The position numbers were made by a program, and so were the translations under genes. Under the pieces are notes generated by a model. That model did not search any database. It was given only the letters and a program-made list of their open reading frames with translations, and was not told where the DNA came from. This document shows positions 53,975-63,508 of a stretch of DNA of 64,000 bases, one piece after another (the stretch's first letter is position 1; every line of letters begins with the position of its first letter). The stretch lies in IMG/VR virus record IMGVR_UViG_2928424016_000001, positions 1 through 64,000 of that record. The stretch is one strand, 5' to 3'. The stretch is from a virus. Taxonomy: Duplodnaviria > Caudoviricetes.

Positions 53975-54595
53975 TCACCATCCGTGCTTAGGAGGTTCTA
54001 TAATCGTGGACCCGTAACCAAGGTAAACGGTGCGGTCTCCATCCAGCAGAAACTCTCCGCGCACACCGAATTCGACCGGACGTCTCGGAACTTCACTTTG
54101 CCAGCTGCAGCAGAAGGTCAAACCAACTTTCTCTGGCTGCATGTTCGGGCCACAGCCGGCGAGGCGCAACGGTATGTCAAATCTATGGGCGCGGTTTCTG
54201 GAAGCTCTAAGCAGGGAAATTATTGCGCTAGCAGTATCCTTTCCATCCTCAAACACGATGATGCCCTCACGATAATCAAGCGCCAGTTCATGGATCAACA
54301 TCGGCCGACGATTATGATTCACGATCTCAATTACAATGGTGGCGTGAGAAGTAAATTCTTCGAAATCCCGTTGATAAACAGAGAAGGACGGAGGGATATC
54401 GCCGAGGACCGCGTCTGCTTGGCGCTTTGCTTGACGGGCAGAGTGAAGTGCAAAAGCTGCAGAAAGCAATGCGAACAATGCAGATGCTGCGGAAATCAGC
54501 AGATCGGGTTTAAGTTCAATCATTTCCCTGGTTTCCAAACATCTAAAGCTGTTGCCTATGATCCAGGCGCACAGCTTAAGCATAACCTCGCTCAA
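53975..54595 (-). CDS. Accessory (moron) protein with an N-terminal TM
   Basis: Lower GC, opposite strand; LLISAASALFALLSAAFAL; true start may be internal. Confidence 0.65.
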   Translation of the reverse strand: MSEVMLKLCAWIIGNSFRCLETREMIELKPDLLISAASALFALLSAAFALHSARQAKRQADAVLGDIPPSFSVYQRDFEEFTSHATIVIEIVNHNRRPMLIHELALDYREGIIVFEDGKDTASAIISLLRASRNRAHRFDIPLRLAGCGPNMQPEKVGLTFCCSWQSEVPRRPVEFGVRGEFLLDGDRTVYLGYGSTIIEPPKHGW

Positions 54596-54681
54596 CCCAA
54601 AGCCAAGGCTGTGGATAGGTACAGATCTCCCACAGACTCTAATCCTTCTATTTTTTCAGCAACAAGCGGAAAGGTGGATTC

Positions 54682-55122
54682 GTGATGGTCGCCTATGGCT
54701 TTAAATCATTTTTCGCCCCACAGATCGAGGACGGTACCAAGACCCACACGATCAGGGGCTATCGCCGCCGCCATGCCCATGTCGGCGAGCCTATCCAACT
54801 GTATCAGGGGATGCGGACACGCTACTGCCGGGCGATCATAGAGGACCCCGTCTGCATTGCGGTGTTGCCGATCGTGATCATGTCGACAGATCTGATAGAT
54901 GCCGGCATTGCCTACATTGCCATCGATGGGCAGCCGCTGCATCGGGACGAGATCGAGCCTTTCGCCGCCTCAGACGGGTTTGATCCGTTGCGCCTGGCTG
55001 GCCATGCGCCGGCCAAGCTGATAGGCGCGACGGCACGCGAAACCATGGGGCGTTTCTGGCGGCAGAGCTATGGCCAAAGTGTCTTCCAAGGCGTTCTTAT
55101 AAAGTGGGAGCCGCGCCCATGA
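54682..55122 (+). CDS. ASCH/PUA-like phage protein
   Basis: IEDGTKTHTIR...GEPIQLYQGMRT. Confidence 0.65.
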   Translation: MMVAYGFKSFFAPQIEDGTKTHTIRGYRRRHAHVGEPIQLYQGMRTRYCRAIIEDPVCIAVLPIVIMSTDLIDAGIAYIAIDGQPLHRDEIEPFAASDGFDPLRLAGHAPAKLIGATARETMGRFWRQSYGQSVFQGVLIKWEPRP

Positions 55123-55373
55123 GGAAGCCTCCCGCCAACCCAATGCCGGAAACCGGCTTCACCATTGCCGTCGTCACCGACCATGCTGTTCTTCGCTTCC
55201 TGGAGCGCAGGCACGGCATTGATGTCGAGGCGATCCGCGCAGAGATCCGCGACTTGTGCACCACCGGCGTCCGCTTTGGCGCTGCCAAGGTGATCGCGGA
55301 TGGGATGAAGTTTGTCATCCAGGACCAAGATGTCGTGACCTGCTTCCGTGTTCAGCAGGGCAAGAGGATCTGA
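55119..55373 (+). CDS. Hypothetical phage protein
   Basis: VTDHAVLRFLER motif. Confidence 0.65.
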   Translation: MRKPPANPMPETGFTIAVVTDHAVLRFLERRHGIDVEAIRAEIRDLCTTGVRFGAAKVIADGMKFVIQDQDVVTCFRVQQGKRI

Positions 55374-55567
55374 TGATGACGCCCGCGCTGCCTCTTTTTC
55401 TCACGGACGATTTGAAGAGGCTGCGAGACCGGCGTGAAGCGCTTTTGAAGCGCCTTCAAACCATGCGCCCGCACGAGCGTGGCAGATATGAAAAACTCGG
55501 AGAATTGAAAGCCGTGACGAAGGAAATCCTGATCATCGAGCAGCAGTTGGAGGTGCGCCGTGGCTGA
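55373..55567 (+). CDS. Small hypothetical protein
   Basis: Coupled on both sides. Confidence 0.6.
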   Translation: MMTPALPLFLTDDLKRLRDRREALLKRLQTMRPHERGRYEKLGELKAVTKEILIIEQQLEVRRG

Positions 55568-55919
55568 GATCCGCGTGCCCGCCCATATCCAGCCGTATGT
55601 GACGGCGATCGGCATCGAGCAGGCTATCGAATTCCTGCTCGCCTTCGGCGGCTCCTATGTCTATCTTTCGGAGAACCCTCAGAAGGGTTCGTCAGTCGCC
55701 GCAGAAATGGGGATGGACGCAGCTATGCGGTTGGCAGCAAAGGTCGGCTCTGGTGCTTTATACGTGCCGACAGCAAAGCCCTTTATCGCCAGCCATTTAA
55801 AGTATAATAAGGGCCTGAACACGAACGATATTGCCCGCAAGCTGCACACGACCCACAAGACAGTTAGCAAGTGGCTACGTTCCGGTGAAGCCAATCAACT
55901 CGATCTCTTCGATTATTGA
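55560..55919 (+). CDS. Mor/C-like late activator
   Basis: Homolog of 13079-13438 with a different recognition helix (HKTVSKWL). Confidence 0.75.
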   Translation: MAEIRVPAHIQPYVTAIGIEQAIEFLLAFGGSYVYLSENPQKGSSVAAEMGMDAAMRLAAKVGSGALYVPTAKPFIASHLKYNKGLNTNDIARKLHTTHKTVSKWLRSGEANQLDLFDY

Positions 55920-55920
55920 C

Positions 55921-55966
55921 CCGGTCACCCTACCGGCTGTTTTGACACGCCCATAACGAGCAAATT
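55921..55966 (+). promoter_or_regulatory. Late promoter (lysis operon), prophage 2
   Basis: CCGGTCACCCTACCGGCTGTTTT-N17-CAAATT. Confidence 0.75.
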
Positions 55967-55976
55967 CGATCTCAGC

Positions 55977-56001
55977 AAAGCCGGTCTTGCCCGGCTTTTT
56001 T
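55977..56001 (+). terminator. Terminator/attenuator-like hairpin in the endolysin leader
   Basis: AAAGCCGG-TCTTGC-CCGGCTTTTTT; equivalent at 13496-13519. Confidence 0.5.
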
Positions 56002-56019
56002 CTTTCGCTGGGAACGATC

Positions 56020-56526
56020 ATGAACAACTGGCCGAAACAGTCCGCCGTCGCCGATTTCTACGGCAGCAATCTCAAAATCACCAAGGGTGTCGCCGGGCCT
56101 GATCCGGCCTGGGAGAAGGCAAACCTCGTGCTGGTGCCGATCCCGTGGAAGGCTGTTGCCGCTTGGGACGCCTCTCTGCCCATCAAATCCTTCCGCGTTC
56201 ATGCCAAGTGCGCCGATAGCCTCGGCCGCGTCCTCGGCAATATCTGGGACGCGTTTTGGCGGAACCAGAAGAACATCGAGGGCGCTGGCATCCATCTGAT
56301 CGGCGGCGGCTATAACTGGCGGCAGATGCGCGGCAAGGCTGCCCTTTCCATGCACGCCTATGGCTGCGCCGTGGATCTCGATCCGGCCAACAACGGTCTC
56401 GGCGATCCGACGCCCGACATGGATGAGCGTGTCGTGGATGCGTTTGAAGACGAAGGCTGGATCTGGGGCGGCCGCTGGTCGCCGCAGCGCCGCGACGGCA
56501 TGCATTTCCAGGCGGCAATCGTATGA
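56020..56526 (+). CDS. Endolysin, M15-family peptidase
   Basis: Homolog of 13538-14044. Confidence 0.9.
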   Translation: MNNWPKQSAVADFYGSNLKITKGVAGPDPAWEKANLVLVPIPWKAVAAWDASLPIKSFRVHAKCADSLGRVLGNIWDAFWRNQKNIEGAGIHLIGGGYNWRQMRGKAALSMHAYGCAVDLDPANNGLGDPTPDMDERVVDAFEDEGWIWGGRWSPQRRDGMHFQAAIV

Positions 56527-56699
56527 AGATCAGCATCAGACGGAAGGTGGCTATGACGGCGGTGCTGGCCAGTATCTATCTGGCCGTCTGCACCGGCGCA
56601 TCGTGGATTGCCGGTCACGCCCTGCTGAATGCCGTTGTCGCCGCTCTCCTGGCCGTTCCCTTTGCGTGGCTGATCCGTGAGACTTGGAGCGACGACTGA
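56523..56699 (+). CDS. Small two-TM protein
   Basis: Homolog of 14041-14217. Confidence 0.65.
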   Translation: MKISIRRKVAMTAVLASIYLAVCTGASWIAGHALLNAVVAALLAVPFAWLIRETWSDD

Positions 56700-56971
56700 T
56701 GGAGCGGCCGTCCTACACCACCTCGAAACAATGGCTCTGGTGCTCCGGCGCTCTCGCCTGGGCGGTGATCCTGGCGCTGACGCTGTCGGCCTGCCTCGGC
56801 TCGGATCAGGCGGTCGCCTTCGGCACCATCGCCGTGCCGAGCATGGTTGGCCTGATCGTGGCGCTGCTCGGCGTCCACCGCGCCTTCGGTTCTCTGGACA
56901 TGCGGGCGATGACGCGCGGCCCGAAGCCCGATCCGCCTTGTTTTGATCCTCCCGCCGGAGGTCAGTCATGA
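56699..56971 (+). CDS. Holin-like protein
   Basis: Near-identical to 14217-14489. Confidence 0.65.
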   Translation: MERPSYTTSKQWLWCSGALAWAVILALTLSACLGSDQAVAFGTIAVPSMVGLIVALLGVHRAFGSLDMRAMTRGPKPDPPCFDPPAGGQS

Positions 56972-57321
56972 ACCGTTATCTCGTGATCGGCCTCGGCGCT
57001 CTTGCGATTACCGCCGCTATCGTCTGGGGCGGGGTTGCTGCGGTCAGCAAGGTCGAGAGCCTGGTAGATAAAGCCGCAGCCTCGGCTCGCAGCGAGCGCG
57101 ACAATTACTGGCGCGCCGAGATCGAGAAATCGAACGCGGCTGCCCAGGCAAAGATTGCCGAAACCCTCAAGCAAACCATGGCCGCACAGGATGCGGCCCG
57201 CGATCAGATCGAGGCCGCCAACCAGCGTGCCGATGCATTGGAGAAACAGAATGTGTCTTTGCCGGATGATGGCACTGGTGGCATTAGCCGCGCTCGCGTC
57301 CGGCTGCTCAATCAGCGCTGA
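56968..57321 (+). CDS. Rz-like i-spanin
   Basis: Homolog of 14486-14839. Confidence 0.75.
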   Translation: MNRYLVIGLGALAITAAIVWGGVAAVSKVESLVDKAAASARSERDNYWRAEIEKSNAAAQAKIAETLKQTMAAQDAARDQIEAANQRADALEKQNVSLPDDGTGGISRARVRLLNQR

Positions 57322-57526
57322 CACCCCGCCCGTCGTCAAGACAGTCTATGTCGAGCGCGAGGTCCCGGAGGCATCCAAGGTGCCCTGCGCCGCCCCTGTT
57401 TCGCTGCCGGATCGGCGGCTGAGTGAGCCGGAAAGCGCGACCTATTGGGGGCAAGATCGGACGGCGCTGCGCACCTGCGAGGCCCGTCGCGCCGCTGCCG
57501 TCTCGGGGGGCGCCAATGTTCAGTAA
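57266..57526 (+). CDS. Rz1-like o-spanin lipoprotein
   Basis: Lipobox ALASGC. Confidence 0.75.
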   Translation: MMALVALAALASGCSISADTPPVVKTVYVEREVPEASKVPCAAPVSLPDRRLSEPESATYWGQDRTALRTCEARRAAAVSGGANVQ

Positions 57527-57734
57527 TGCCCATTTTGAATTGGCCGAGGAACGGGTGGAGCAAGAGCGAGAGGCGCAGGTCGCGGCAGCCCGGGCGGATC
57601 TCCGGAGGGATGGCGCAGACGAGTGCGTCGATTGCGGGCAGCAGATCCCGCTGGCGCGCAGGCGCGCCTATCCGGCTGCTTCGCGCTGCATCAACTGTCA
57701 GACCGAGATCGAGCGGGAGGTGTATTGCCGATGA
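57516..57734 (+). CDS. TraR/DksA C4 zinc finger
   Basis: CVDCG...RCINCQ. Confidence 0.85.
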   Translation: MFSNAHFELAEERVEQEREAQVAAARADLRRDGADECVDCGQQIPLARRRAYPAASRCINCQTEIEREVYCR

Positions 57735-58066
57735 TCCTCGATTTGACAGCTATTGCGAGCTTTATTGCCGTTGCACTTTCCGGTCTCAATCTGCTGGCCT
57801 TGATCCGCAACATGTTGTCGTCCGGCGAGCGAAAACTGGATGAGAGGATCACCAAGGTTGAGGGCACCCTGATTGAACATGACCGCCGTGTTCAGGCTGT
57901 TGAGGGGGAGCTGAAGCACATGCCCGACAAGGAGACAGTCCAGAAACTCCAGCTGGATATGGCAGAGATGAAGGCTCAACTGACTGCCATGGTGAAGGCG
58001 ACGGAAGCGACGGAACGGGCGACGCGCCGGGTCGAGGATTTTTTGCTGAAGCGTGGGGCTGACTAA
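57731..58066 (+). CDS. DUF2730-like membrane protein
   Basis: N-terminal TM; LKHMPD. Confidence 0.7.
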   Translation: MILDLTAIASFIAVALSGLNLLALIRNMLSSGERKLDERITKVEGTLIEHDRRVQAVEGELKHMPDKETVQKLQLDMAEMKAQLTAMVKATEATERATRRVEDFLLKRGAD

Positions 58067-58365
58067 TGAGTGATTTCAACGAGTTTTTGACGGAGGATGC
58101 GCGCCTGGTCGTTCTCAAGGCCTTGGCGCAGGAGAGCAACGCGACCCTGAATGAAACGATCTTGACCCGCATACTGGAGATGTTCGGGCATAATCGGTCG
58201 CGTGAGTGGGTGCGGACCCAGCTTTCAAAGTTGTCAGAGCTTGGGGCCGTGCGCACGACGCAGGCCGGGAGCGTGGTCATCGCATCGCTAACCCAGGCTG
58301 GTCTCGATCACGTGGAGCGCCGGTCGTTCATCTCTGGCATCGCCAAGCCGTCGCTGGGGGGCTGA
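58066..58365 (+). CDS. Winged-helix phage protein
   Basis: ARLVVLKALAQ...SREWVRTQL. Confidence 0.72.
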   Translation: MSDFNEFLTEDARLVVLKALAQESNATLNETILTRILEMFGHNRSREWVRTQLSKLSELGAVRTTQAGSVVIASLTQAGLDHVERRSFISGIAKPSLGG

Positions 58366-58368
58366 CGT

Positions 58369-58938
58369 ATGGCCGGCCGAGGACGTCTTTCCAATCTCGA
58401 CCAGTTGCCCGAGGAGGCGCAGGACGATCTGATCTGGGCGATCAGTGAGCTAAACCAGCGCCGGCGCTCCCAGGCTGATATCCTGTTCGAGTTCAACGAT
58501 CGGCTTGAAGCCAAAGGCATCGAGCCTGTTTCCAGGTCGGCGTTCAATCGCCGCGCTACGCGTCTGGCAAGGCGAACCATGCAACTGGAAGAGCGCCGGT
58601 TTATCTATGCCGGGGTTGCCGAGCGTCTGACCCCCGACGAAGTCGGCAAGACCGATCTCGTGCTTGGTGAGTTCCTGAAAACCCTGATCGACGATCTCCT
58701 GGACAAAGAAGAGATGGGGACCAAGAACGCCATGGAACTGGCGAAGGCCTATAAGGAGACGCTGGTCGCGCAACGCCATTCAATTGAGTTGCGCCGGAAG
58801 GCCGAAGAGCAGGCGAAAGCCAAGCTTATCAAGGCCGTCGATCAGGTCGCTGGGGCTGTCCAATCTGGTGAAAAGCCGGACGGCCAGGAAGTCTTGCGCA
58901 AGATCCGCGAAGACATCTACGGGATCTTTGAAAAATGA
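58369..58938 (+). CDS. Terminase small subunit, DUF3486-like
   Basis: GRGRLS, SRSAFNR; C-terminus shared with prophage 1. Confidence 0.8.
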   Translation: MAGRGRLSNLDQLPEEAQDDLIWAISELNQRRRSQADILFEFNDRLEAKGIEPVSRSAFNRRATRLARRTMQLEERRFIYAGVAERLTPDEVGKTDLVLGEFLKTLIDDLLDKEEMGTKNAMELAKAYKETLVAQRHSIELRRKAEEQAKAKLIKAVDQVAGAVQSGEKPDGQEVLRKIREDIYGIFEK

Positions 58939-60296
58939 AGTCCCCAGCCGTTCCTCTTTATGGCTACCAGCAGCGCTGGCTGCTCGATCGCTCACGCTTC
59001 AAGCTCGGCATGTTCGCCCGCCAGACCGGTAAGACCTTTACGACCACGCTGGAGACGGTTGACACCTGCTTTGAAGCCGCCGTGTCCGGAAAGCGTGAGC
59101 GTTGGGTGATCCTGTCGCGCGGGGAGCGTCAGGCGCGCGAAGCGATGAACGAGGGGATCAAGGTCCATTGCAAGGCCTATGATCTCGCTTTTCAGGAGGC
59201 GGAGTTCGATTGGGAAGGCGAGAGCGGCACCCACAAGGCGCTGGAAGTGACGCTGCCGCATGGCTCGAAGATCACTGCGCTGCCGGCCAATCCCGATACG
59301 GCGCGCGGCTTTTCCGCCAATGTGTTTCTGGACGAGTTCGCCTTTCATAAGGACAGCCAGCAGATCTGGCGGGCGCTCTTTCCCGTCATCTCCAAGGGCT
59401 GGAGCATTCGCGTTACCTCGACCCCGAACGGCAAGAGCAACAAGTTCTACGAGCTTGCGACCGGACCGGAGAGCGATCCCTGGAGCCGTCATATTGTCGA
59501 TATCTATCAGGCCGTCCGCGACGGGCTGCCGCGTGACATCGAAGAATTGCGCGCGGGTCTGGCGGACGAGGATAGCTGGGCGCAGGAATTCGAACTGAAA
59601 TGGCTCGATGAGGCAAGTGCCTGGCTCTCCTATGAGCTGATTTCCTCCTGCGAGGACGAGAAGGCCGGTGATCCGGAGGGCTATCAGGGCAATGTCTGCT
59701 TTGTCGGGCGCGATATCGGCCGGCGCGAAGACCTGCATGTCATCTGGGTTTGGGAGCAGATCGGTGACGTCCTTTGGGAGCGGGAGCGCATCGAGCAGAA
59801 GCGCGCCACCTTTGCCGAGATGGACGAGGCCTTCGACGATGTGATGCGGCGCTACCGGGTCGGCCGGGCCTGTATCGACCAGACCGGCATGGGCGAGAAG
59901 GTGACCGAAGACGCGCAGCGCCGCTATGGCAGCCGCATCGAAGGCGTGCTGTTTACCGCGCCCAACAAGCTCGTCATGGCGACACGCGGCAAGGAGCGGT
60001 TCGAGGATCGTACCGTGCGTATCCGCCAGGGCGACCAGAAGCTTCGGGCCGATCTGCACAAGCTGCGCAAGGTGGCGTCTGCCACAGGTGCGCCGCGCTT
60101 TGTCGCCGAGCGCGATGACGACCATGCCGACCGCACCTGGGCGGCCTTCCTCGGCATCCACGCCGCCGATGGGCTGGTTGGCGAATATGCCTATCAGCCG
60201 GCCCCAGCGCCGAAACCCCGATTTTCCGAAAGCCAGACCGAGGATGAACAGCCCTACCGGATGGCGTCGATGCGCAACAAACGCGGAGGCTATTGA
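58935..60296 (+). CDS. terL: Terminase large subunit
   Basis: Nearly identical to 16523-17887. Confidence 0.93.
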   Translation: MKSPAVPLYGYQQRWLLDRSRFKLGMFARQTGKTFTTTLETVDTCFEAAVSGKRERWVILSRGERQAREAMNEGIKVHCKAYDLAFQEAEFDWEGESGTHKALEVTLPHGSKITALPANPDTARGFSANVFLDEFAFHKDSQQIWRALFPVISKGWSIRVTSTPNGKSNKFYELATGPESDPWSRHIVDIYQAVRDGLPRDIEELRAGLADEDSWAQEFELKWLDEASAWLSYELISSCEDEKAGDPEGYQGNVCFVGRDIGRREDLHVIWVWEQIGDVLWERERIEQKRATFAEMDEAFDDVMRRYRVGRACIDQTGMGEKVTEDAQRRYGSRIEGVLFTAPNKLVMATRGKERFEDRTVRIRQGDQKLRADLHKLRKVASATGAPRFVAERDDDHADRTWAAFLGIHAADGLVGEYAYQPAPAPKPRFSESQTEDEQPYRMASMRNKRGGY

Positions 60297-61852
60297 TGGC
60301 CCAGGTTCTCGACCAGTACGGCAACCCGATCCGCCCGACCCAGATGAAGCAGGAGCAGGCCGCACCGACCGTGATCGGCGTGCGCCGCCCGGTCGGCAAT
60401 CATCAGGCTCCGGGTCTCACGCCGCCCAAGCTTGCCCGCATCCTGCGCGAATCGCTCGACGGCGATCCAGAGCGCTATCTGGAACTGGCCGAGGATATGG
60501 AGGAGCGCAACGAACATTATGCCGGTGTTCTCGGTGTCCGCAAACGGCAGGTCTCGGGGCTGGAGATCACGGTGGAGGCGGCAAGCGATGCCGCCGACGA
60601 TGTCGCTGCTGCTGATCTCGTGCGCGATGTGATTGACCGCGACGACCTTGAGGATGAGCTGTTCGATATTCTCGATGCTGTCGGCAAAGGGTTTTCAGCA
60701 ACTGAGATCATTTGGGACACGTCGGAGGGCCAGTGGACGGTCGACGCGCTGAAATGGCGTGATCCGCGCTGGTTCGTGTTCGACCGCAATGATGGCGAGA
60801 CACTGCGCCTTCGCGGTCCAGCGGGTGACGAGGATCTATGGCCGGCCAAATGGATCGTCCATCGCTCCAAGATCAAGTCCGGCCTGACGATCCGGGGCGG
60901 GCTGGCGCGCTCTGCCGCCTGGGCCTATTTGTTCAAGACGTTCACTGCGTCTGACTGGGCGATCTTTTGCGAGGCCTACGGTCAGCCGCTTCGGATCGGG
61001 AAATACGGCGAGAACGCGTCTGAAGAGGACAAAGCTATCCTGCTTCGCGCCGTCTCTTCGGTGGCCTCAGACTTTGCCGCCACGATCCCTGAGGGCATGC
61101 TGATCGAGTTCGTCCAGGCGTCAATCACTGGCAGCATCGACCTTTATGAGCGGCGCGCCGACTGGCTTGATCGCCAGATCTCCAAGCTTGTCTTGGGCCA
61201 GACCGGGACGACGGACGCGCAGGCGGGCGGCTATGCGGTCGGCAAGGTGCATGACGGTGTGCGCGAAGATATCGAGCGCGCCGATGCCCGTCAGCTTGCC
61301 GCCACGCTGAACCGCGATCTCATTATTCCGCTGGTCTCGCTCAACCTCGGGCCGCGCAAGAAATATCCGAAGATCCGTATCGGCCGTCCGGACGAGACCG
61401 ATATCAACAATCTGGTTTCGAACGTCGTCAAGTTGGTGCCGCTGGGCCTGAAGGTGGGCATGTCGACCATGCGCGACAAGCTCGGTCTACCCGATCCCGA
61501 CAAGGATGAGGAATTACTCATGCCCCGCGCCGCAGCGCGCGCGCAGCCATCTGACCAGCAAGACCAGCCATTACCGACAGCCATAGCCGCGCAAAGCCAA
61601 GCTGCTGCGGCCAATCATGATGCGATTGATCTTGCATCTGCCAGGATCACGGACGACAACTGGCAGGAAATGACCCCGCCCGTAGTCGATGGCCTGGCCG
61701 AAGCGTTGAGTGGGGCAGCCTCGGTCGAGGAAGCGCAGGCCATCATGGCGCGCCACGTCAGCGCCATGGGCGTCAATGCCTTCGTGCAGCAGCTCGCCCG
61801 CGCGGCGTTTGCGGCGAGGATCTCCGGAGAAGCTGACGAGGCCCTTTCATGA
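60296..61852 (+). CDS. Portal protein (DUF935)
   Basis: Homolog of 17887-19440. Confidence 0.92.
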   Translation: MAQVLDQYGNPIRPTQMKQEQAAPTVIGVRRPVGNHQAPGLTPPKLARILRESLDGDPERYLELAEDMEERNEHYAGVLGVRKRQVSGLEITVEAASDAADDVAAADLVRDVIDRDDLEDELFDILDAVGKGFSATEIIWDTSEGQWTVDALKWRDPRWFVFDRNDGETLRLRGPAGDEDLWPAKWIVHRSKIKSGLTIRGGLARSAAWAYLFKTFTASDWAIFCEAYGQPLRIGKYGENASEEDKAILLRAVSSVASDFAATIPEGMLIEFVQASITGSIDLYERRADWLDRQISKLVLGQTGTTDAQAGGYAVGKVHDGVREDIERADARQLAATLNRDLIIPLVSLNLGPRKKYPKIRIGRPDETDINNLVSNVVKLVPLGLKVGMSTMRDKLGLPDPDKDEELLMPRAAARAQPSDQQDQPLPTAIAAQSQAAAANHDAIDLASARITDDNWQEMTPPVVDGLAEALSGAASVEEAQAIMARHVSAMGVNAFVQQLARAAFAARISGEADEALS

Positions 61853-63144
61853 CCGCGACGATCGCGGCACTCAAACCTGAAGACGCGATCAAGGCGCTGA
61901 AAGCACGCGGTGAAACGCTGGCTCCATCCTTCTCATGGCAAGATGTCTACGCAGAGGAACATGCCCAGCAGCTCACGGTCGCAAAATCTGCTGGCTTCGA
62001 CATCCTCACGGATCTGTTCGACGGCCTTCAAACCAGCCTTGCAGAGGGAAAGACATTCCGGGACTTTGCCAGCCAGATCACGCCGATCCTGCAGGCCAAG
62101 GGCTGGTGGGGTGTACAGCAGGTCACTGATCCGCTGACCGGCGAGCGCCGTAAAGCGCAGCTCGGCTCGACCAGTCGCCTGCAACTGATCTTCAACGCCA
62201 ATATGCGTGTGTCCTATGCGGCAGGGCATTGGGCAGCCTTTGAGCGTAATAAGGCCCGCCGGCCCTGGCTGCGTTATGTGTGCATTCTTGATGACCGGAC
62301 CCGACCGGAGCATCGCAAGCGGCACAATCTCTGCCTTCCGGTCGATCATCCCTATTGGGACACCTGGGCACCGCCTTGCGGGTGGAATTGCCGCTGCACC
62401 TTGCAGAGCCTGTCGGATCGGGACGTCGAACGCATGCGGGGCGAGCTGAAGTTTACGCCGCCCGATGATGACTTCGTCGCCTTCACCAACAAGCGCACAG
62501 GTGAGATCCGGATGATCCCGCGCGGCATCGATCCAGGCTGGGATCATAATCCCGGCAAGGCGGGATACCGTGCCTTCGACGCGGCCGAGAAGCTGATCGC
62601 CGCGCCGCCTGTCATGGCCGCCCAGGTCAACAAAGATCCGGACTGGCTGATCAAGCCACTGGGCGACGACTTTGCCCGTTGGTTCGATGCGGCGACGGCC
62701 GGCGGGCGCGTCGATCGCTCGATCGTCGTCGTCGGTGCTTTGTCGGACGATGTCCTGTCGTCGCTTGCCAAAGGCGGGATCACGCCGCAGTCCGGTGCGA
62801 TCACCCTGACGCAGCAGGTAGCGCTGCACATGGTGCGTGACGCAAAAGCGGGCGCTGGCAAGGCGGTTGATATGGCCGCTCTGCGGCAGTTGCCCTTCAA
62901 TCTCAACCGGCCTCGGGCGGTGCTGCGCGACAGGCGCGATGGTGCGCTTCTTTATGTCTTCGATAGCGGCCAAGATCCGCGCCTGGCGAAGGTCGTGGTG
63001 AAAATCGATTTTGCTGACAAGGGCCGGCCACCTGGGGGAAAGGCGCAAACGATCGTCACCAATTCAATCCGGACGGCTGGTCTGGTCGAGACGCGCGTCC
63101 TGACCGACAAAAACACCTACGACCTGATGAGCGGAACGATTTAG
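61849..63144 (+). CDS. MuF minor head protein with a PBECR2-like C-terminal extension
   Basis: Homolog of 19437-20732, same length. Confidence 0.85.
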   Translation: MTATIAALKPEDAIKALKARGETLAPSFSWQDVYAEEHAQQLTVAKSAGFDILTDLFDGLQTSLAEGKTFRDFASQITPILQAKGWWGVQQVTDPLTGERRKAQLGSTSRLQLIFNANMRVSYAAGHWAAFERNKARRPWLRYVCILDDRTRPEHRKRHNLCLPVDHPYWDTWAPPCGWNCRCTLQSLSDRDVERMRGELKFTPPDDDFVAFTNKRTGEIRMIPRGIDPGWDHNPGKAGYRAFDAAEKLIAAPPVMAAQVNKDPDWLIKPLGDDFARWFDAATAGGRVDRSIVVVGALSDDVLSSLAKGGITPQSGAITLTQQVALHMVRDAKAGAGKAVDMAALRQLPFNLNRPRAVLRDRRDGALLYVFDSGQDPRLAKVVVKIDFADKGRPPGGKAQTIVTNSIRTAGLVETRVLTDKNTYDLMSGTI

Positions 63145-63148
63145 GAGA

Positions 63149-63248
63149 TGTGGCCATCAAGGGGGTACGCCACTCTCCCCGTAACAGTAGCCTGCGTTGC
63201 AGGGCACCAAACCGGACGTGCGATTTCCCGGTTGTCATGATGGCCACA
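63149..63248 (+). ncRNA. Candidate cloverleaf ncRNA downstream of MuF (prophage 2)
   Basis: Perfect 11-bp closing stem TGTGGCCATCA/TGATGGCCACA; conserved core. Confidence 0.6.
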
Positions 63249-63456
63249 AAGTCAAAATACGCGTCACGGGCATGGAATTCAAGGAGGCCCGATTTAAGCG
63301 CCACAGACGCGCGTGGAGCGCTCTTTCGGGCGGTGGCGCGCGCCGAACCCGAAAGAGCGCTCCACGGGCTTCAAACCGGCTTCAAAATCGAAGCCTTGCC
63401 TCATCCCTCGATCATGATATGAGTTTCCTGTCCGCTTCGGATCAGGTCGCGCTCAT

Positions 63457-63502
63457 CCGGTCACCCTACCGGCTGTTTTCAAATTGAGCGCCGGGGCAAT
63501 CT
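63457..63502 (+). promoter_or_regulatory. Late promoter (head operon), prophage 2
   Basis: CCGGTCACCCTACCGGCTGTTTT-N17-CAATCT. Confidence 0.75.
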
Positions 63503-63508
63503 CGCCCC

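Noticed and set aside
63150-63422. ORF after MuF as a protein immunity gene
   Set aside because: No counterpart ORF in prophage 1, where the conserved core lies among different indels; conservation follows base pairing rather than codons.
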